Origin: Paecilomyces variotii
Taxonomy: Eukaryota
Direction: 5' to 3' (one strand)
NCBI GenBank assembly: GCA_004022145.1
Contig: RCNU01000012.1
Length of the DNA: 64,000 bases
The notes beneath the pieces are model-generated. The model was given only the letters and a program-made list of their open reading frames with translations, did no database searches and was not told the origin of the DNA. The position numbers and the translations under genes were made by a program. Shown in pieces: positions 51,583-62,426 of this stretch. Positions within the stretch are counted from its first letter, which is position 1, and each line of letters opens with the position of its first letter.

Positions 51583-52269
51583 ATGATCGAAGAGATCCTT
51601 GAATGTCTGGGTTTTTATCGACTTGCAAGATCGCTACGTCTCTGGCGAATCGAGTGCCAGTTTGAATGTGACCATAAAGATGAGATTAATTGGATCAGGG
51701 CATACAATGCCACAGAAAATCTCCAAATTGCTATCCTACAGCGCATACGTCGCCTCGAACGAGATCAGCAGGAACTTATGGCAACGGGAAAAATCCCTAC
51801 CACTCCTCGCGCATTTGGAGATGACTGTTCCGACGTCTCAAAATACGGCGAGATTCTGGAAAAGGAGCTGGAAATGGCCCGGTGCATATGGCATACCAAC
51901 AAGAAGGAACTGGCGGAGCTTCTGTTGACTCTGCCAGTGTATGGACGGGGCTTACGCCTTAGAGAATGGCGGAAGATTCGCGAGGTTAAAGAATTCCAGG
52001 ACAAATCGATGCTTTGGATGGACGGCAGGGAGCGCTGTGCAATGATGGGAGGATGTTGTGGGAGAACTTGTCGCTGCTGCGACGAGCCATTAATGACATA
52101 TTTCAAGCCGACAATGGATACGTTCGAATTGCAACGAGTCGAAGCACTCCATGGACATTGTACCTCAGAATGCAGATGCTGCATCCGACACCAGCGAGCC
52201 TATGTACCCGATGAGGATATCGAAAAAGTGCGTCGTAATTTATTGCTAAGCGACGTTGAAGAATGGTAA
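51583..52269 (+). CDS. Hypothetical protein with C-terminal Cys cluster (CxxxGGCCGRxCxCC...HGHCTxECxCC)
   Basis: Uninterrupted 228-codon ORF from AUG 51583 with a helical N-half and dense Cys/His motif. The start is uncertain. Confidence 0.75.
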   Translation: MIEEILECLGFYRLARSLRLWRIECQFECDHKDEINWIRAYNATENLQIAILQRIRRLERDQQELMATGKIPTTPRAFGDDCSDVSKYGEILEKELEMARCIWHTNKKELAELLLTLPVYGRGLRLREWRKIREVKEFQDKSMLWMDGRERCAMMGGCCGRTCRCCDEPLMTYFKPTMDTFELQRVEALHGHCTSECRCCIRHQRAYVPDEDIEKVRRNLLLSDVEEW

Positions 52270-53345
52270 ACGGCGAAATGAGGATAGTTCTTCAGAGGAG
52301 ATGTGGGAGACGTGTTCCGGATGAAGCAGTCTTCTTAGCTATAGGACCAGTATTATTATTTGGGTATCCGATCATGCTATGAGATTCTGACTACACTACA
52401 AAGAGAATCTGGTAAAAAGACCGAACGGGTTATAGGATTGTATCGACTCAAGACTTGCTCAGCTTTAAGGGATATATTTTCTTCGAGACGTAAGTATTCA
52501 TATGCTTCATGAAGACGGATCATAGTTGTAATTAAAATAATTAAAACCGGGTGTTGTGTTTGCTGAAACAGCACATATATCGCTAGCTAGCTGTGCACCT
52601 GAATGAAACGTGGGCTCTCATGTCAAGAGCACTGATTCTGACGAGGGGTAAACGGGCGTGCCTCTCCCCCGCGCCTGGATGAATTGACCAGTGATGAGCA
52701 TTTCTACTTATCGTCGCTTTCTGTTGGAGGTGCGGTCCAAGGGCGGACGGGGTCCCTTGCCAACTCAACAGTCCAGCGCAGTATGGTGGTCATAGCGACA
52801 AAGTGATGCTAACTTGATTATTATTATTATTATTTAAATGATGCCCAGCCTCCTTGATGTACCGAGTAACTAGCTAGTAAGAGATCTATCTAAATTTGGA
52901 TGTTCTCTTTGTGCCGTCTGCTGCCTGTAAACTTGCGCGATTGGCTGGGGTGCGCCCTCAGGAAATCGGGTGGTTGGTGTATGTACCTGGGAGGCTGGGA
53001 TGGAAGGACATCGTCACAAGGCATGAGCAGGGCCCTCGCACTCTCTTTTCTCCCATCCTCTTTCTCCGTGAATTCATTCTCACATTCCTGGTACTCTTAT
53101 CCAAACGTTAGGGAGTCGCAAGAACTACACTCGTTTCTCCGACAGTTGCGGTTGTTGTGCTCAGGCGATTTACCAGCCGACGGCTGTGGATACGACTCAA
53201 GCATAGCAACGCTTACAGCTGCTTTTCCACTGGCATTCTACGAGGAATTGGCAGTGTGAAGAACATACTCAAGGGCAAATTCGCCCATCTTGCCCTCATA
53301 CTCTCGTTTTTTTTGTCTGTGGGTCGATCCAGCATTCCTTCTACC

Positions 53346-54507
53346 ATGCGATCCTTCGAGATAGCGTCCGCGGCCTTATCGATACTGGGTCTGCTATCGC
53401 AATCACAGATCTCCCATGCAACTCCATTCCCACTCGAATATGATCTTGTTCTCGTGAATCGAGCCTGCGCAAATACGTGTGGTTACTACGGCCAGCTTTG
53501 TTGCACTTCCAGTCAAACCTGCAGCACAAACAGCGAGGGCCAGGCAGTATGCCTCGACGGGGAGAGTTCTGGCTCAGGAGAGGAATGGCAAATGTATACG
53601 ACTACCTATGTAGTGACGGAGACGGACGTGGCGACCATTACCTCCACATGGAGTAGTCTCCTTGCCAGTTCTACAGCGGCGCCCGCCACGGGTACTTGCA
53701 GGCCAACGCTCGGAGAAACACCTTGCGGAGAATCCTGCTGCAGTGCATCCCAGATGTGTGAAAACAAGGTCTGTGTCGAAGGCGCTTCATCAGGGTACTG
53801 GAGCAGTTGGGCCTCCGCCTCCGCCACGGCAAGTCCTCCTCTTCGACCGACCAGCAGCGGTGAAGCTACCGTGACCCAAACCGGCGCAGCGACGACAACT
53901 GAGCCCTTTATCGCTCCGGTAGGAACTGGTGGAGCGACGCTCACGAGCGCCAGTGCAGGAAACAAGGGCCTCAGTGGAGGCGCTATCGCAGGAATTGTCA
54001 TCGGAACGATTGCAGGCGTCATCTTCCTATTGGTTCTATGCGCCTGCCTCTGCTTCAAGGAGGCTCTGGATGGTCTCATGGCATTGTTCGGCCTAGGGGG
54101 ACGAAGGACAAAGGAGACAACTTATATCGAGGAGCGTCACTCGCATCGTTCCCACGGCAGCAGGCCTGAACGGCGTACCTGGTTCGGCACTCGACCATCA
54201 CGGCCAGCTGGTGAGAAGAAGTCGGGTGTTGGTGGACTCGCCACTATCGGACTGATTCTCGGTGCACTCGCTCTGTGCCTTGGACTGAAGAGACGCAGAG
54301 ATCACGAGGATGAAAAGAGCGATTATACCTATCCTTCCTCGTACTATTATTCAGATTACTATACTAGCGCAAGTGAGTGATTTTTTCCTTTTCGCGGATC
54401 AATTGGGACAATGACTGACTATCTGTTCAACAGGCAGCGAAAGCTCAGATCGACGGACTAGAGACACGAGGAGATCACGGAGGTCACGCTCGCGCTCATA
54501 TCGATAA
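53346..54507 (+). CDS. Membrane protein with signal peptide, two Cys-rich modules, S/T stalk and two TM segments. Exons 53346-54372, 54434-54507
   Basis: MRSFEIASAALSILGLL, CANTCGYYGQLCC, CGESCC, GLSGGAIAGIVIGTIAGVIFLLVLC (TM). Intron GTGAGT...ctgac...AACAG. RS-rich tail. Confidence 0.88.
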
Positions 54508-55668
54508 CGAACCTGACGCCACCAAAGAACTTCACGTTCCACTTCAACTCGCAAATGGATGTGCATGGTGACGGCACTCGCCTGGTCATCGGTATGCGGG
54601 GTTTGAGACGCTGTTTTCAACCGATACGAAATTCTTGTACATGCTTTCTCCGTCTTTTTTTGCGAATCATGACCAGGTACCTCGGGGATAGTGGTGCCAA
54701 TGTAATTATGAGTGATATGGTTGGATGCTTTAATGACATTGATGGGTATGACTTTATGTATACTAAAAATAAACTGAAGAAACGAATGATAGTTAGAATG
54801 AAAAGGAATATTACTTAAGCTTCACGATCTAAGGTCCTTTGAAAAAAGTACTCTTAAGACCATCCACGACGGGCCTATACCACAGCAGCAATGATAGGCG
54901 AGCGGTTGAGCCCGACCAAACGCGACGCCAGTCGGGGACGTCACACATGCAGGTACTCGGGCAGCGTCCGGAAGCGATGCTCGTTCGTCGAAGCTTGAAG
55001 CAAGCCAGAGCTGTCAACCGGTTCAGCTGCTTTGCAGTCGCGACGTGGAGTACAGAGCAAGCCCTCGAGCCCGGATGATCCCGCTGGGTAGGCGATACCT
55101 TGCATGTCAGTCTGCTCGTGCATCGCTGCCCTATGCGAGGGAGACGTTGTCCTGTGGCGTGTCGTGGCTGACTATCCCGAGATACCCTGGTGGTGTAGCA
55201 GTCCCGGGAGCGGCGCAATCGAGACGGATGCTGTTGTCACCCAGGGCAAATGTATGATGTGAACGCAAAGTATTAGCGGTCTCTATCCTTCAACCGCAAT
55301 GAGGTTGTTCAGCAGGATCGAGAGGAAGTTCAGATCAGATGGTGAAGGGTGGCGTCGACGCCAAACAGCACACACCCGGCGCTCGCTCCCCGCTCTCTGG
55401 CGTCTTCCCGCCCGATTACACATCCCCGAACTAACTCTCTTTCAGTTCCTCGACCTCGCCTACCCAGACTTCTCCATTTCTCTCTTCCGCCGCTCCTTCG
55501 ACTCCCTCGGAAGCGCCCATGATTTTGCGCTTGACCCTTGTTCTCTGACGACCTTTACCTCCTCTGTGAGTTGATTCTGAGTTGGCAAGTCCTGTCTGTT
55601 ACTCATCCCTTCGCGATTCCTCCCGACGAGGACCTCAATCAACCGACCCGTTCCTCTATCGCTTCGCC

Positions 55669-57053
55669 ATGCTTCAAGCTCAGACTCCGCACGTCTTCTC
55701 CCACCAGCACCAGTATCCGCAGGCAGAGCCTTCCTGGCTCCAGCATCAGCAACAGCAGCATCACCAGCACCAGGCGCAGCACCAGCAGCACTCCTCCCTG
55801 GCTGCTCAGCAACATGCTCAGGCTCAAGCTGCTGCCGCGGCCGCCGCGGTGGCTCAACACCAGCATTATAACCAGATTGCTATGAGTGGCAACGGTGCTG
55901 CCAACGCTAGACAGGGTGCCGGCGCAGGAGCCATGGCAGCTGAGAATGCCCTCACTACTGCGGCATCAGCCATGGACGGTGGTATTAGCGAAGAGAACCG
56001 CAAGGTTTTCATCTGGGTCGCGGAACTGCTGGACCCTAACCGCAGGGAGGCTGCTCTTATGGAGCTCAGCAAGAAGAGAGAGCAGGTGCCGGAACTTGCA
56101 TTGGTGATCTGGCATTCTTTCGGTACGTTGGACCCGTCATTATCCTGAGAGACACATCAATTGGGTTTCGCTGCAAACTACTTTTTAAGACGGCCATGCT
56201 GACTGCAGTTGAATAGGTGTTATGACCTCCTTGTTGCAGGAGATAATCTCCGTCTATCCTCTGCTAAATCCGTCCCAGCTGACTGCGGCCGCATCGAATC
56301 GAGTCTGCAATGCTCTCGCTTTGTTGCAGTGCGTCGCGTCTCACAACGAGACTCGCACTCTCTTCCTGAACGGTATGCTCTTTGGTCTTTACAAACGAGA
56401 GTCTAGGGTTCGACTAACTGATGTGTAACAGCTCACATCCCCCTTTTCCTCTATCCCTTCCTCAACACAACTTCCAAGTCGCGCCCTTTCGAGTACTTGC
56501 GACTCACTTCCCTGGGCGTCATCGGTGCACTGGTGAAGAATGACTCGTCCGATGTGATCAACTTCCTCCTGACGACCGAAATCATCCCGCTTTGCCTCCG
56601 CATTATGGAGACGGGGTCTGAACTTAGCAAAACAGTTGCAATTTTCATTGTACAGAAGATTCTCCTTGACGATATTGGTCTTGCATATATCTGTGCTACC
56701 TATGAGCGATTTTATGCGGTGGGAACCGTACTGAGCAACATGGTCACGCAGCTTGTTGAGCAACAGACTGTGAGGCTTCTGAAGCACGTCGTCCGCTGCT
56801 TTCTTCGGTAAGCTTATCTGCAGATGTTTTGTTTTGGTTTGGTCCCGTCTTTCAGGTCTCTTTACTGACTACTTCCAGACTGAGTGACAACAACAGGGCT
56901 CGTGAAGCTCTCCGTCAGTGCCTCCCCGAGCCACTGCGCGATGCCACATTCTCCTCGGTTCTTCGTGACGATGCGGCTACCAAACGTTGCCTCGCTCAGC
57001 TTCTCATCAACCTCTCCGATAACGTTGTCGATGGAACCGCCGCCACTATGTAA
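55669..57053 (+). CDS. rcd1: CCR4-NOT subunit Rcd1/Caf40 (CNOT9). Exons 55669-56122, 56217-56372, 56432-56807, 56879-57053
   Basis: [72 protein letters not shown] and [16 protein letters not shown]. Confidence 0.97.
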
Positions 57054-59899
57054 AGACAATTTCACTTAATATAATTGCTAAACCTTATGAACTTGCATGG
57101 AATGGCTACAGGCGAAATCGGATATTTACGGCGCAAAACAGCAGAAAGGTAAAATGTGCGAGAAAAGAATAATCGGGGGCGTGACGAAAAAAAAAAAAAA
57201 AAGAAAAAAAGAAAAAAAGCTGGGGCAAATTTTTTCTAAGCTTGAGATCGGAACATTGGGACTTTGGGCATCTGCTGTTCACGATGTATGGAATTTTTCT
57301 TGTTTTTCTGTTTCTTCTGTGTGGGTTGTCTTGCTTCGGTCTCGAACATCATGGCACGGTTTGTTTGGTGGCGGCGATATGGATGGTCTTGTCTCCCATG
57401 TGCATTTCCCTCTTCCCTTCTAAAACCCCCCTTTTTTTCTCTGTCACCACCTAGTCGGATAGACCTTCCTTGAGCGAGAGATACCAGGATCTATGCATTT
57501 TTGTCTCTTCTACTACCTTTTCAGTCTCTTCTCCCCCGACATGTCTTGCTTCATCTTAATGTGTAACACACCCATTCTTGTTGTACATGTCACCTTATTC
57601 CTGACTACTTGATGACTTATTTAGAGGCTCAGGTCTCTTTTTTTCTGTCTTCCCCCCTCGTCTCAGACTTGTCAAGGATCCGCGAGTGAGGAGCGCTCTC
57701 AAGGCCTGATTGGGGAATTTTTTTTCCATTTTGCATCAAAAGTGTTTATTGACGTCCATCTGTAATAATGCAAAGACATCTTTTTCAATCTTGTCGAATG
57801 TATGATACGTTTCTTTTCATATTATGTGAAATCCTAAAGTTATTCTGACTATCTTAGGACTCATCATTCTAACTTGCCGATCTCTTCCTCGCAACAGACG
57901 TGAATACTGGGTGTCTGGAAACCATGCTTCCCAAACTCCTGTCCAGTCAGTCAGATCTTAGTTATAATCGGAAATTCAACTAGTTATACATCTTTCCTGG
58001 AGGTATTCGGATCAAGATTGGGTGAAAAAGACAAACATCCTAGAGTTGCCAGACAAGCAGATATGATAGGCTTATATGTACTGTACAGTGACATCACACA
58101 GTAAGATGGGGAGAGTGAGTCTATTCGAGTCTTGGGAGTCCTATCGATATAGTAGTGATTTATCATTATGAACAGCCTTCCGAGGCTATCTCCGTAGCAG
58201 CTTGGGCACATGGAATGATTTCATTTGGCTGCTAATTGCATTAATGCCTTATCTTTTTTACCGTCGAAAACCTGCTGTACAGTCTAGTGTCGAATCTAAA
58301 AGCGCACGGAAGCAACGATATGATGATTTGAACCTCCTAGCTACTACCTAGGTTGCTTGATTTCCTTGCTTGATTTTAAGACCTAGGAGGGAGATTGACT
58401 CCATATTTATCTCTATAACGTACAAAGAATCTAGATCCTAGCGATCTACTAATGGGCTCTATCCTATAATTAGGATGCAAAGGACCTGCTCCAAACGGAT
58501 GATTGACAGATCACCTGGGCGTACGCTTTGTTATGATATCCAAGTGGCGAATGTGAGGCGATCAACGACCCAATTGTGCTGATAACTTGTGTCTGAACAG
58601 TGAACTTTTGCCTGAACAGTGACAGCCCATAACCAACTGAGAGGATGTTCGACCTCAGTTTCGGAATAAGCAGACGTAACCTTTTTAAAGAGGCAGAGTG
58701 CAAAAGAACTTGGAACCTCCCAACCACTAGAACATCGTCCTTTCCCTGTACCGGAAACAGGCAGCAATGGCTTCCAAATAAAGTAAGAGCTTCCGCGAAA
58801 TGTACAGGCTAGTCGCTTGTTCCGGGTCTTTTCACATTGTATATCTTGTTGTCATCTTTTAGCAGCCTCTTGGTTGAAGCCATGGGATTTGTATTGGCCG
58901 CTTCAGAAGTGCAGCAGATGAGGATTATAAAAGGCTAAAGGATGATGTGACAGTATAGGCATCCAGAGAGGAAAAAAAATAGTCTAAAGTACGTCAAGGG
59001 TAATTCTCTCAGGAACAGTCTTTGGAAAGTGAGAAACAAGACAAATTCTGGACATGGAGATCTGAAGCTATATTAAGGCTTGCTTGAACTCAACTTGAGG
59101 GCGAAGCTCCTGGGAATGAAAGGAAGATGCCCGCAGGTCCTATATGGGATATAAAGGGCTGGTGTGCAGGCGACTTCGCTTCCTCTAGAGCTTAGATGCG
59201 TTCCTAGTATATCTCTCGTGATTCAGTAAAAAATATGTCAACTCTTTCTTGCGTTCCCGCCGCTTCCGTAGACCGACAGCGAGATTACATGTACGTGTCC
59301 TAAGCGCCGATTAGTTAGTACTATACTAGTATTTGATATGTGAAGCAGCTTAGGGCAATCAAGTACCATAGGTGTATTTTCGGCATTGACGCTCTAGAAA
59401 CAATCAATTAGTACCTGTACTTAAAGAAGTGAAGGATTAAGTACGGAGTACATACATTCGGTACGCCACCGCAGCGCCTAGTAGTATCAGTAGTACCACG
59501 CCAGCAGCCCCTGCAAAGATATGCGCGACGAATTTATTTGTGGGCCTAATTATATATTAGTTAGTATTTATTAATGCTTATGGGAAGAACATCCATAAGA
59601 TCAGCCAGCGAACATGCCGTGGAGGATCGATAATTCATGCCGTGGAACTTTCTTCCATGCCTATTCTCCCAGTTTATCCCAATTGACCTACCGGCACTCG
59701 ACGAACAGCACCAACAATGCGATCCAGAACGTGAGAGACCCGAAATGCCACCAGGCGTGCCCGTCAGAGAGTCGGGCCCCCTAAACGCCAAACGCCAAGA
59801 AACGAACGGATAGCTGCTCGTGGGGACTTGATAAATTCAATATGTAGTGAGTATGGATGTGGTCATCTCCTATTTTCGGGGGCAGGTCTTTTGACTTCG

Positions 59900-60700
59900 A
59901 CCATGCCCCTGGCTCTCACTGGTGGGCGGTGCCAGTCTGCATGAATCCCCGCACTATTTAGCCACTGTTAGTTTTTCCGCAGTGTGAAAGAGTTATCTTC
60001 AAATTGCTGCTGACTTACAAATGATCCGCTGAGTTGTCGAGCCATTTTCTTTGCTATCTGTAGCATGAATATAAAAGGATTATTAAGTCTACCGGCTTTC
60101 TGGAGTTATTGAGCCTTCGATTTTTAAGGTATCCATTACCAATGGACCTTAGAATTTAAAAAGAATGTGTGCCTAATCTATGATAGTAGTGATTAGCCAT
60201 TAGCTTTTTCTTGTGAAAGAGTCACCTTCAAATGCCTGCTACTTACTAGGAATCCGCGAGATTGTCGGACCATTCTCTCAGAAGTATGAGAAGAAAGTAT
60301 AGAAATAACCCACTAATGAACTGCCTGAAGGTCAATGAGGATTTGAATTCGATCCCTTCCATTAAAGATGAGTAAATATGGTTAAGTATTACTGCAGTAT
60401 AAGTGATAACAACATCCCCACTGAAGAGAAACAAAGGAAAAAGAATATACAGCCGGGGTGCTGTCCTCGAGCTCTATCAATATGGTCAGTAACAGTCTTT
60501 TTATAAGCAGGACTTCCAAAGCATACTTAAATTTTTTTCCCGCACTCCATAAGAGTTATCTTCAAATTCCTGCAGGTCATCTGATTGGAACCGCCCTACT
60601 TGGCCATTAGTAAGTTGTTTCTGCACTGTATAAGAGTTATCTTCAAAAGGCTCGCTGACTTACAACCTATCGGCCAGATTTTTGGCCCACTTTCGGGCTG
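59900..60700 (-). repeat. Dispersed repeat family: related intron-like units with homologous flanks (60663-60596, partial ~60575-60530, 60246-60178, 60018-59954)
   Basis: Shared core TTTGAAGATAACTCT, with GTAAGT donors, CTAAY branch points and TAG acceptors on the minus strand. Confidence 0.8.
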
Positions 60701-61119
60701 TCGATAGCACAAAGTCCAGGATTGTCAACAAATGTATGTGTATAAAGAATATAAACCAGGTCAACCAGGAGAAGTTGGATCCCTTGACTATAACAATTGT
60801 CACGAGTATTACGATGCTGTTTATCCTCTCAGTTTATCCCAATCGAATTACCGAGACTAGATCGCTGCCATGGCCCAGAAGCACGGCACCCACAACAGCG
60901 CGACGAAGATGAGAGCTAGGCTCGAAAGAAACGAGGAACTGCCTTTAAGTATTTTCCTCAAGCAATAAATAAACGTCCACAGAACAGGAATTAATTAATG
61001 TAGTTGTGTAACGATGTCGCAATAGAGATGTACAATATTGCCATGGGGCGTATACCATCAGTGCTATGTCGAGGAAAGGAAAAGGAGAAGAGAACCAAGA
61101 TTAAATGCTGCCGAGAGGC

Positions 61120-61310
61120 GACACCGCAGTAGTGACTAGTTCTTCCATTGACTGGATGTCTAGAGTGTCCTGTGGTAGTGACTAACCCTCTTGTTGAACA
61201 ACAGATACTGAAGTTACTCCATAGTAGTGATTGGACCTTCAGGTGAATCGATAACCCAATCGCTCTGCGGTAGTGACTACTGGTCTCCTGGCGAATCGAT
61301 TACGTAAAGC
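61120..61310 (+). repeat. Degenerate 46-49-bp tandem repeat (4 units, GTAGTGA core)
   Basis: GTAGTGA at 61129, 61175, 61224 and 61270. Units 3 and 4 also share GAATCGAT. Confidence 0.55.
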
Positions 61311-62289
61311 TTTTTCGATAGGAAATCTTACAGTAGCACAGATGAATATATCGCTGATGTTCTGATCTTAGATTATTATATCTGGTTTGTTAGTAGGATC
61401 CCGCGGATCGCAACTCCAGACGATGATATGCTTCTCAGAGTTCCAGGAGTATCGGATCTGAGGATAGCATTGTCGAAAGTCCGGCGAGTATAATTCACTG
61501 GCCTGCGCATCCGCCGTCCCCATTCATCTTTCTCTCCCTCTCATTAACCGCCGACAGACTCTCTGGCTATGCTTTTCTCCCAATCTTTCCCCACCAAACG
61601 CCGAGAAAGACGGAGCGAACTACGCCGCTACACCTCTTCAAGTTCTCTCGATATAGCCAGTAGCGATCTCTTATTATAGAAGGACCGAATTTGGATGAAT
61701 TGCTTGGTCCCTATGTGCACCAGCTTCCCCGCTACCACCATTTTCACAACTTGATCCAAGTTTCCATCAAGATTAACCCGAAAGGCTACCTACCTAGCCA
61801 TGACTACATTGGCAAATATCCTACGTCGCTTTTATCCCCAGACGTCGAAACAAACGAGTCAAGTCCACCTGCCGTTTTACCATACTTTGCCTATTCGTTA
61901 CTACATTCTTCTGAATTTGAGCTCACCTGGACTGGGTTCAAAAAAAGCTACTTCCTGTGTTGAACCGCAGAATTCGTTAGTACCTTCCTCGTGAGAGAGC
62001 AACAATGGGCACAGTAAACTTCCCCGCCACAGTTTTGTTATCTCTCTCATTCTCTCTCTCTTCTTTTTTTCCTTTTCTTTTCTTCAATACATCAATAATT
62101 ATATGTCTCTGTTGCCACATTCGATATCAGATTCGATGGCAGATTAGATGCTTTTCTTTCTTTTCTTTCTTCTTACCGTGCTATTATACAGCATTGTTTA
62201 CATTACTTAATACCATTCACTTAATTTATTCAATAACTCAAAACCCTTTCGTTAATATGGCGTTCAACGTCAAATTTAATATTTCTTCC

Positions 62290-62426
62290 TGGGGGGCCGC
62301 GGGGAACCAGAATCCAGCAGACAAACTGTGAGTTAACAGACATTTCAAAGTAACTCCTATACAGCGCGGAAAAACTAATGGCTAAATAGGGTCGGGATCC
62401 ATCCCGACCGGCGCAGTCTGCATTGA
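62290..62426 (+). repeat. Inverted fifth copy of the same exon-intron-exon unit (intron 62328-62389)
   Basis: GTGAGT...TTTCAAAGTAACTC...GCGGAAAAACTAATGGCTAAATAG matches the 60018-59954 copy. Confidence 0.75.

Noticed and set aside
53157-53345. N-terminal extensions from GTG/TTG starts in the ORF track (also 2147, 23377, 55582)
   Set aside because: These are short, and downstream AUGs give the expected N-termini (signal peptide, MCGI). There is no supporting architecture like that of cpcA.
61120-61310. CRISPR-like array
   Set aside because: Eukaryotic context, a conserved core of only about 7-9 bp, partly related spacers and no cas genes.
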